Shown: one piece after another, positions 56,788 to 64,000 of the stretch | Position numbering within the stretch: position 1 is the first letter of the stretch | Layout of the letters: each line of letters begins with the position of its first letter | Assembly (NCBI GenBank): GCA_963849325.1 | Contig: CAWKHF010000012.1 | Span: 512,001 to 576,000 of the forward strand | Source of the DNA: an uncultured Planctomycetota bacterium | GTDB taxonomy: Bacteria > Planctomycetota > Planctomycetia > Gemmatales > Gemmataceae | Direction of reading: 5' to 3' | DNA length: 64,000 nt | Notes under the pieces: generated by a model | Seen by the model: the letters and a program-made list of their open reading frames with translations, nothing else | Database searches by the model: none | Told to the model about the DNA's origin: nothing | Translations under genes and position numbers: made by a program

Positions 56788-58005
56788 ATGAGTGAACGAC
56801 GGGTCGGATTGTGGTTGATCGGCGCCTGCGGCGGCGTGGGCACCACGGCCACGCTGGGCCTGGCGGCCCTGGGCCGCGGCGTCAGCGACAGCACCTCGCT
56901 GGTGACGGCCTTGCCGCTGTTCGAGCCGCTCCACCTGGATGAGCCGGCCTGCTTCGTCGTCGGCGGCCACGAGATCCGCCGGGCCGGCTTTCGACAGACC
57001 GTCCGCGAATTGCAGAAACGCTCCAACATCTTCGAGCCGGACCTCGTCGACGGCCTGCCAGGAAGACCTGGAACGCTGGGAGGCCAACGTCCGGCCCGGC
57101 ACGCTGCTCAACTGCGGCCCGGCCATCGGTCGCCTGGCCGACCGCCCCGACCTGCGTCTGGACGACACGGCCCGCGAGGCCATCGAGCGCATCCAGGCCG
57201 ACCTGCGGACCTTCCGCGACACGCACAAGCTGGATCAGGTCGTCGTCCTCAACGTCGTCCTCGACGGAAGCCCCCTTCGAGACGGGCGAGGTCCACGAAT
57301 CGCTGGACCGGCTGACGCCGGCGCTGGACCGCCGCCAGGCGCCGCTGCCGGCGTCGTCGCTGTACGCCTGGGCCGCCCTCGATCTCGGTCTGCCGTACAT
57401 CAATTTCACGCCCTCGCTCGGCGCATCGATCCCGGCCCTGCTGGAGCTGGCCCAGCAGCGCCGCGCCGTCACCGGCGGCAAGGACGGCAAGACCGGCGAG
57501 ACCCTCATGAAGAGCGTGCTCGCCCCCATGTTCGCCCTGCGCAACTGGCAGATGCTCAGCTGGGTCGGCCACAACATCTTCGGCAACCGCGACGGCCAGG
57601 TCCTCGACGATCCGGCCAACAAGGCGTCGAAGGTCCGCACCAAGGACCAGGTCATTTCGTCCATCGTCGGCTACAAGCCGCAGACGCTGGTGACGATCGA
57701 GTACATCGAGTCGCTGGACGACTGGAAGACGGCGTGGAACCACATCCACTTTCAAGGGCTTTCTGGGCACGAAGATGACGTTGCAGTTCATCTGGCAGGG
57801 CTGCGATTCGATCCTGGCCGGCGCCGCTCGTGCTCGACCTGGCCGGCTGGCGCTGTTGGCCCAGCGGCGCGGCGAGGTCGGCGTGCTGCGCCACCTGGCT
57901 TGCTTCTTCAAGAACCCGATGGGCGTGCCGGAACACGACTTCTTCAAGCAGTTCGCCATGCTCGAAGAGTACGTCAAACAATTAACCACGGATGAACACA
58001 GATGA
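56788..58005 (+). CDS. Inositol-3-phosphate synthase family protein, about 4 frameshifts
   Basis: GLWLIGACGGVG Rossmann motif, YINFTPS, GKDGKTGETLMKSVLAP, NIFGNRDG, LDDWKTAW, WQGCDSILA, FFKNP. Confidence 0.85.
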
Positions 58006-58084
58006 ACACGGATAAAAGAAAAAGGGAGTAAGAGTTCCTTGAATTGTTTGTCTTATCTGTGTTCATCTGTGTTCATCTGTGGTT
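57984..58084. repeat. Inverted decamer repeat element (ACACAGATGA / TCATCTGTGT)
   Basis: AACCACGGATGAACACAGATGAACACGGAT...ATCTGTGTTCATCTGTGTTCATCTGTGGTT; contains the stop codon of the upstream gene. Confidence 0.85.
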
Positions 58085-58099
58085 AATTGGAGCGACCTC

Positions 58100-58947
58100 A
58101 TGAAAATCGCTTTCAGCACCAATGCGTATCTGAATTATTCCTTCGCCGAGGCAGTGCGTCGCCTCGCCGCGATCGGCTACCAGGGCGTCGAGATCATGGC
58201 CGACGTGCCGCACGCCTGGCCCGCCTTCCTGCTCGAAGAGCAGAAGCAGGCCATCCGCGACGCCCTGGCAGAGCAACGGCCTGGCGATCTCCAACGTCAA
58301 CGGCTTCATGATGCACGCCGTCAACGATTCGCGCCAGCGCTACTGGCATCCGTCGTGGATCGAGCCGGATCGCCACTATCGCCAGATCCGCATCGACCAC
58401 ACCAAACGCTGCCTGACCCTGGCCCGCGAGCTGGGCGCGCCCTGCATCACCACCGAACCGGGAGGGCCCGCTCGAACCGGGCGAGTCGTGGTCGAAGGCA
58501 CTGCAGTTGTTCGTCGAGGGACTCAAGCCGGTCGCCGAACATGCGGAAAAAGAGGGCGTGCTGCTGCTCGTCGAGCCGGAGCCGGGACTGCTCATCGAGA
58601 AGATGGATCAGTTCGAGGAGCTGATGCGGCACCTCGATTCGCCGGCCGTGGGACTGAACTTCGACATCGGCCATGCCTACTGCGTCGGCGACGAGCCGGC
58701 CACGACCATCCCGCGCATGGCCAAGTATATCCGCCACGTCCACCTGGAGGACATCGCCGCCACGCGCGTCCATCATCATCTCGTGCCCGGCGACGGCGCC
58801 ATCGACTTCGCTGCCACCCTGCGCGCCCTGCGCTCGATCGACTACCAAGGTTGGGTGACGATCGAACTGTATCCCTACGTCGAGAACCCGGACGAGGCCG
58901 CCCGCCGCGGCCGACAGCACATTCAGAGCATCCTCGCCACCCTATGA
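58100..58947 (+). CDS. Sugar-phosphate isomerase/epimerase (xylose-isomerase-like TIM barrel), frameshifts near 58280 and 58470
   Basis: GYQGVEI, VEPEP, NFDIGH, HVHLED, PGDGAID, TIELY. Confidence 0.87.
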
Positions 58948-59832
58948 GTGATTTGCGCGCCTACGCCCAGCTTGTGCGTCTGCCCAATCTGCCGACCGCC
59001 CTGGCCGACATCTGCCTGGGCGTCCTGGCCGCGCAGGCGCTGCCGGAACATAGTCTCTCCTTCGCCCTGCTGCTGCCGGCGTCGGCCTGTCTTTACTCGG
59101 CCGGCATGGTCTGGAACGATTACTTCGACCGCGAGCAGGACCGTCGCCAACGCCCATTCCGGCCCCTGCCTTCCGGCCGCGTTTCGATGGGCCAGGCGGC
59201 GCGTCTGGGGACAATTCTCCTGCTGGTCGGCGTGGTCTTCGCTATGTTGGCCGGCGTGACGTCGGCGTGGGTCGCGCTCTGCCTGGCGGGGTCGATCCTG
59301 GCCTATGACGGCTGGCTCAAGCGCAGCCTGGGCCGGGCCGCTGACGATGGGGACGTGCCGCTTCCTGAACGTGCTGCTCGGCGTGTCCGTCTGCGGCTCG
59401 CTGCTGGGACCGCGCGGCGTCCACCTGGCGCTGGTCGTCGGTCTGTACATCGTCGGCGTGACGTGGTTCGCACGCACCGAGGCCCGGACGAGCAATCAAC
59501 ACGCCCTGCGTGGAGCGGCGGCTGTGATGCTCGTCAGCCTCGTCCTCGCCCTACCGCTGCCGGTGTTCCTGCCGGCGGGTCAGCACAGCTCCTTCCTGTT
59601 CCCGTATCTGCTTGTCGGCCTGGGCTTCCTCGTCGGCGTGCCGGTCGTCCGGGCCATCGCCAACCCGACGCCGATCTTCGTGCAGGCTGCGGTGAAGCGT
59701 TCGCTGATGGGACTGGTTCTGCTAGATGCCGTCCTGGCGACGGGGACCGCCGGATTCGTCGGTCTGGTGATCCTCGTTCTGCTGGCGCCGTCGCTGTATC
59801 TGAATCGCAAAAGTTGGCTCTACGCCACGTGA
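58944..59832 (+). CDS. UbiA family prenyltransferase (EboC-like), frameshift near 59330
   Basis: LVRLPNLPTALAD, GMVWNDYFDREQD...RPLPSGR, MGTCRFLNVLLG. Confidence 0.87.
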
Positions 59833-59942
59833 CAAGCCCACGCGCCGGCGATGGGCATGGGGCAGCAATCCTCCGTTGCGCAATAATTGCCGGCAGATCT
59901 TCCCGAGATGCGGCCAATATATGAACCACTAACCCAATGCAT

Positions 59943-60034
59943 TTTGACCACGGATAACACGGATGACACGGATAAAGAAAACCAGAACGCTTCTTGGGTT
60001 TTATCCGTGTTATCCGTGTTATCCGTGGTCAAAT
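59943..60034. repeat. Inverted nonamer repeat element
   Basis: TTTGACCACGGATAACACGGATGACACGGATAAA...TTTATCCGTGTTATCCGTGTTATCCGTGGTCAAA. Confidence 0.88.
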
Positions 60035-60075
60035 AGCATTTAGTTTGTGCCTCTAATGGCGTACGCTGCGGACTT

Positions 60076-61014
60076 TCACAACAGCTTGCGCACGCTGGCG
60101 AGGTCATCTCCGCGTCGCTCTTGCTCCAGCAGGTCCGACGGCACGAACAGCCGGAACAGGCCGCGGGCCGGACAGGCGAGGACGTGCTGGGCCGTGATGT
60201 CCTGCCGGACGTTGGCGTCATTCAACAGGGCCAGCAGATCGTCGGACCCTGGTTGCGGCTGGCGGCGCAGCTGACGACGGAGGAACTCGTAGCGCGGACA
60301 GACGGGCGGCGCGGCGAGGTCGCGGTAATGGTTGGTGACCAGGAGCGGCTCGTCGTCGTGCGGCCGGCGCTGCCGGTACGTCCGCGGCGCGCGCTCGACG
60401 CAGACGCGCTGATCGTTGCGAGTGCCGGCCAGGGTGATGAGGGCGGCGCTGGCCAGCGGCGTCGAACAGGTCATCTCGACCGCCTCCTCGAACGAGCCGG
60501 CCGTATCCAGCAGGTGGCGCAGGAACAACAATACCGGATGGCCTTCCAGGTAGACCTCGCCCGTCAGGACCGCGTTGAGGACCACGGCGAAGCCCTGGCG
60601 CGATTGTCCACTGACGATGCCGGCGGCGCCGACGGCCCCGGCATGAACGCCGTTCGCCAGCGGTAACACGCAGCTGGCCCGAGCGATCTTGTCCGGCATC
60701 ATCCAGTCCATGTTGCGGGCCACGAACGGACCTTCCGCAGTGGCCAGCACCATCGTCGAACAGCCGAACAGACCGAGGAACAGGTCGTAACTGATGTTGG
60801 CCAACGTCAGATCGATGGGATCGGCCCCCAGCAGGCGGGCGCCGGCGTCGATCTGTTCGGCGTGCCGCGGGAAGCGCTGTCGCACCAGCAGGGCCGCACG
60901 CCGGGCCACGGGATGACCGCGGAGTTGCTCGGCGATGTCCGCCAACAAGGTGCGGGCGTGCTCGATCAGCGGCGCCGGGTACGGTTCCTGCACGAGCGGG
61001 CATTCGTGTATCAT
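60076..61014 (-). CDS. Ntn-hydrolase (C45 peptidase / acid-ceramidase-like)
   Basis: G|CSTMVL nucleophile site, ARNMDW, LVTNHY. Confidence 0.8.
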   Translation of the reverse strand: MIHECPLVQEPYPAPLIEHARTLLADIAEQLRGHPVARRAALLVRQRFPRHAEQIDAGARLLGADPIDLTLANISYDLFLGLFGCSTMVLATAEGPFVARNMDWMMPDKIARASCVLPLANGVHAGAVGAAGIVSGQSRQGFAVVLNAVLTGEVYLEGHPVLLFLRHLLDTAGSFEEAVEMTCSTPLASAALITLAGTRNDQRVCVERAPRTYRQRRPHDDEPLLVTNHYRDLAAPPVCPRYEFLRRQLRRQPQPGSDDLLALLNDANVRQDITAQHVLACPARGLFRLFVPSDLLEQERRGDDLASVRKLL

Positions 61015-61142
61015 GTACGTCTCCGAAGGAGTGCTGTCATCCCTTCTCCATTCTAACGGGGCGGCGCGGCCTGCATTCTTCGCTACAATCGGTAAGGCTC
61101 GCGCCGCGGCCGCCGTCGCCGCCTCTTACCCGGTCAATTGCA

Positions 61143-61170
61143 TTGACAGGGCCGGTGGATCTTTTAAACT
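61143..61170 (+). promoter_or_regulatory. Sigma70-like promoter candidate
   Basis: TTGACA-N16-TAAACT, about 100 nt upstream of the ATG at 61271. Confidence 0.55.
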
Positions 61171-61270
61171 GGAATAAGTTCCCCTTCTGCGAACGGTGTG
61201 GGACGGCGGCACATCGACCTCCCGGCACCTCTCGCGTCCGTTGCTCGTTCCTGTCCACGAGGTTGCACCG

Positions 61271-62794
61271 ATGCCCCCGAAATCCGCGCAGGCTGAGTCG
61301 AAACAAGGTCTCATCATCACCCTGGTTTTCTTCATCCTGGCGACCATCGGCCTGGGCGTGTCCACCTACTTCGGCTTCGCCGATCAGGAGGCCAAGGACA
61401 AGGCCGTCAAGAAGGCCGAGGGTGATGCGAAGACTTTTAAGGACGAGCGCGACTGGTACAGGCTCCAGGCCGAATTGTACCGCAGTTACATGGGTCAGGC
61501 ACAGAACCTCGACCTGGCCAGCCTGGGCACCCGCAAGAGCCAGCTCGAGCAGGGCACGATGAAGATCGGCGACTTCAAGGACAAGGACGACGTCACCAAG
61601 ATCCTCAAGGACTTCGACAAGCGTTTCCAATGGAACGCCAAGGAGAACAAGCCGGACAGGACCTACGAGAGCGACCTCGACAAGTTGAAAACGGATTACG
61701 CGGCACTGGAGAAACGCAGCCGAGACTTGACGACGGCCCTGAACGAGGAAACGGTCAAGCGACAAAAGGCCGACGATCAGCTGAAGGAAGCCCAGGACAC
61801 CTACATGAAGGAGCTGGCGGCGCTGGGCAAGAAAGGCACCGACGACCTCAGCACCGATCGCAAGTCGATCGAGGAGTTGCGTGCCGACCTCGGCCGCCTG
61901 AGCGACGAGCGCCAGAAGGACAAGAACAAGGCAGACCAGGATCTCGAAAGTGCTGAAAGACCAGTTGGTGAAGCTGGAAAAGGACAAGAAGTTCCTCAAC
62001 GAGCGCATCAAGGACCAGAAAGAGCGGCTGGAGGCGATCGCGGCCCGCAGCACGGAGGCGCCGCCGACGTTGCGGACGGATTGGAAGATTATCGAGATGG
62101 ATCGGCGCGGCACCAACCCGTACATCAACCTCGGCTCGGCGGACCACGTCAAGCCGCAGCTGACGTTCAGCATCCACGGCGTCGGACTCGACGGCCGACC
62201 CATCGGGCCGCCCAAGGGCACGCTGGAGGTGGTCAACGTGATCGGCGACCACCTGTCGCGGACGCGCGTCACCGCCGTGAAGGATCCCAACCGCGATCCG
62301 ATCCTCAAAGGCGACGTGCTGTACAATCCGAGCTGGAACCCGATCCTCAAGAAGCACGTGGCCCTGGCCGGCATCATGGACCTGACCGGCGACGGCCGCG
62401 ACAGCCTGGCCGAGTTCATGCGCAACCTGGAGCGGCAGAACGTCATCGTCGATGCCTGGCTGGACCCCAAGGACTACTCGATCAAGGGCAAGGGCATCAC
62501 GGTGCGGACGGACTACCTGATTCAGGGCGAGAGCATGGAGTTCTCCGAGACCGGCCGGCGCGGGATCCGGCGGTGGCGAAGGGTCTGGACCTGGGCATCC
62601 AGCAGATGAAGGACCAGGCCCTCAAGAACGGCGTGGCCGTCATCGCCCTGAACAAGTACCTGGAGATGATCGGCTATCGCCTGCCGCGCGAAACCAGGGC
62701 GGAGCGGTCGTCGCTGTACACTCCCAGCTTTCGTCCCGAATCGCGGCCGCCCGCCGGTAAGCTGCCGCCGCCCGCCGCGGCGCCCGACAAATGA
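61271..62794 (+). CDS. Membrane-anchored coiled-coil protein, frameshifts near 61945 and 62560
   Basis: TM LIITLVFFILATIGLGV, K/E-rich coil, YINLGSAD beta domain, BRCT-like TDYLIQG tail. Confidence 0.7.
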   Translation: MPPKSAQAESKQGLIITLVFFILATIGLGVSTYFGFADQEAKDKAVKKAEGDAKTFKDERDWYRLQAELYRSYMGQAQNLDLASLGTRKSQLEQGTMKIGDFKDKDDVTKILKDFDKRFQWNAKENKPDRTYESDLDKLKTDYAALEKRSRDLTTALNEETVKRQKADDQLKEAQDTYMKELAALGKKGTDDLSTDRKSIEELRADLGRLSDERQKDKNKADQDLESAERPVGEAGKGQEVPQRAHQGPERAAGGDRGPQHGGAADVADGLEDYRDGSARHQPVHQPRLGGPRQAAADVQHPRRRTRRPTHRAAQGHAGGGQRDRRPPVADARHRREGSQPRSDPQRRRAVQSELEPDPQEARGPGRHHGPDRRRPRQPGRVHAQPGAAERHRRCLAGPQGLLDQGQGHHGADGLPDSGREHGVLRDRPARDPAVAKGLDLGIQQMKDQALKNGVAVIALNKYLEMIGYRLPRETRAERSSLYTPSFRPESRPPAGKLPPPAAAPDK

Positions 62795-62825
62795 TTCGCC
62801 ATGTCCCGTCATGGCGAACCATCTC

Positions 62826-62860
62826 GCCGGCCCCGCGCCCCCCGCGGGGTCGGCTTTTTT
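62826..62860 (+). terminator. Rho-independent terminator
   Basis: GCCGGCCCCGCG...CGCGGGGTCGGC followed by T6. Confidence 0.8.
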
Positions 62861-62892
62861 GTTCCAGCCGGCGAGCGAGGGATCGATAGTTA

Positions 62893-63523
62893 TTATTTCG
62901 CTTTCTCGCGCTCCAACTCGATCTCGGCATTGAGGCGCTCGTACTCGGCTTGGGCGTAGTCGGCCTGGTTTGATCGGCCCACGTCGTAACTTTCTTTAGT
63001 CTCCTTGGCTCCAGCTGTCACCCATTTGAGATGCCGTTCATGCGCCGCGACACGATCTGCCTTTTTGTTGCTCAATTCCAACTCGGCTTTCAGCAGACGC
63101 GATGAACCTTCAATCACAAGACCGATTGTGCCGTCTTGATGCCCCTCTCGGTATCTTTGATAACGCAGCTTCACTTCCAATTCCGCCATGTCACGTCGTT
63201 CTTTGAGGAACTTCCGCAATCGTTCCTCTACCTTGCCGCCCACCGCCTTGCCCGGCGACATCCTTCACCGGCTTCTTGGCCGGCTTCTTGGCAGGTTGCT
63301 CCGTTTGGGGAGCAGAATCTTGAGCGTATAGGTAGTAGGTGCCGAGTCCAGTGCCGCCTAGCGCCGCCAGCGCCAGGATCACCGCGAGAGTCCCTTTGAT
63401 CTTGCTCAGGAACATGGCGTGTAACACTCCTTCCGTCAGCGTGATGATGGTAACCGATACCGCCGCGCCGCGGCCGAGTCGGCGGAGGTAAGCGAGGAGC
63501 GCCGGTCGCCGTCCCTCGGACAT
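62893..63523 (-). CDS. Internally deleted ECF-sigma-like membrane protein, frameshift near 63260
   Basis: GAGGAGG RBS; MSEGRRPALLAYLRRL joined to LTEGVLHAMFLSKIK + TM; helical C-terminus in the adjacent frame. Confidence 0.55.
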
Positions 63524-63584
63524 GCGAAGACCCCTCCTCTCGAAACACTCCATCCTTGTAGTGCAGCCAGCTAGGTTCGTGCTT

Positions 63585-64000
63585 TCACTTTTCGGATTCT
63601 TTTTTCCGCGATTTGTCCCGCATGAACGTGCGGCCCAGGAAACGCAGCCTGACAAACTCGGCGTCGTCGTTCATCTCGAAAACGACCGTCTCCGCTCGCA
63701 CGGCCGCCGGCAGACGACGATTGTTGTCCAGTGTCATAAATGTGTCGTAATGGAAATGCTTCAGCGAAAGGTGGAAGCTGCTCCAGTCCAGGACCAGCGA
63801 ATCGCCTTCCAGCCCGATCTTCACGGTGCCATAGGCCGGTTCCGTGTACGTTCCGGTATACTCCTCCAGTTCGCGCGAGGGCTTCGTCCCCAGCACGCGG
63901 CGGGAACGCTGGACCCTGGTGCTCCTTGCGGGCCGCCTCCGTTCGCTCGTGCTGGTCCTTGAAGAAGGCATTCCAGTCCTTTTTCTCCACGCCGAGTAGG
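63585..64000 (-). CDS. C-terminal DUF3471 domain of a serine hydrolase (5' partial)
   Basis: LEEYTGTYTEPAYGTVKI...LKHFHYDTF; runs off the window edge; frameshift near 63910. Confidence 0.7.
   Translation of the reverse strand, partial: YSAWRKRTGMPSSRTSTSERRRPARSTRVQRSRRVLGTKPSRELEEYTGTYTEPAYGTVKIGLEGDSLVLDWSSFHLSLKHFHYDTFMTLDNNRRLPAAVRAETVVFEMNDDAEFVRLRFLGRTFMRDKSRKKESEK

Noticed and set aside
55249-59832. Pseudogene cluster or programmed frameshifting
   Set aside because: Catalytic motifs are intact, no slippery-site pattern is evident, and indels are spread window-wide, consistent with assembly error.
53945-60034. CRISPR array from the short tandem repeats
   Set aside because: Units are 7-10 bp, directly adjacent and arranged as inverted arms; there is no repeat-spacer periodicity and no cas gene.

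Overview
High-GC bacterial chromosomal window, very likely from a planctomycete (probably Gemmataceae-like). The evidence is a DUF1549/DUF1553 + DUF1501 pair, DUF4058, an ECF sigma factor with a TM/WD40 extension, and a kinase-FGE fusion. It carries a dnaA not followed by dnaN, three small secreted Cys/Gly/Pro-rich proteins, and a lower-GC two-methyltransferase/putative-nuclease locus. It also has a phosphatase/kinase signalling cluster, a single-module reducing PKS + C-A-T-TE NRPS divergent from a DevBCA-type exporter, ribBA, and an inositol-synthase/TIM-barrel/UbiA (ebo-like) operon. More than 25 single-base frameshifts break otherwise intact genes; these are most likely long-read assembly errors. 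The most striking signals are in the non-coding and repeat layer. (i) A transposase-less 1.26-kb element with IS66-like GTAA ends and a 9-bp target duplication sits inside a REP palindrome and carries a cargo gene and a nested MITE. (ii) A REP palindrome has a loop holding an inverted ~92%-identical copy of 111 bp of the neighbouring gene. (iii) Palindromes and heptamer arrays are inserted in-frame in PKS/NRPS linkers. (iv) There are three well-formed sigma54 promoters, one pointing at the PKS-NRPS. All calls are from manual motif reading; no database searches were run.
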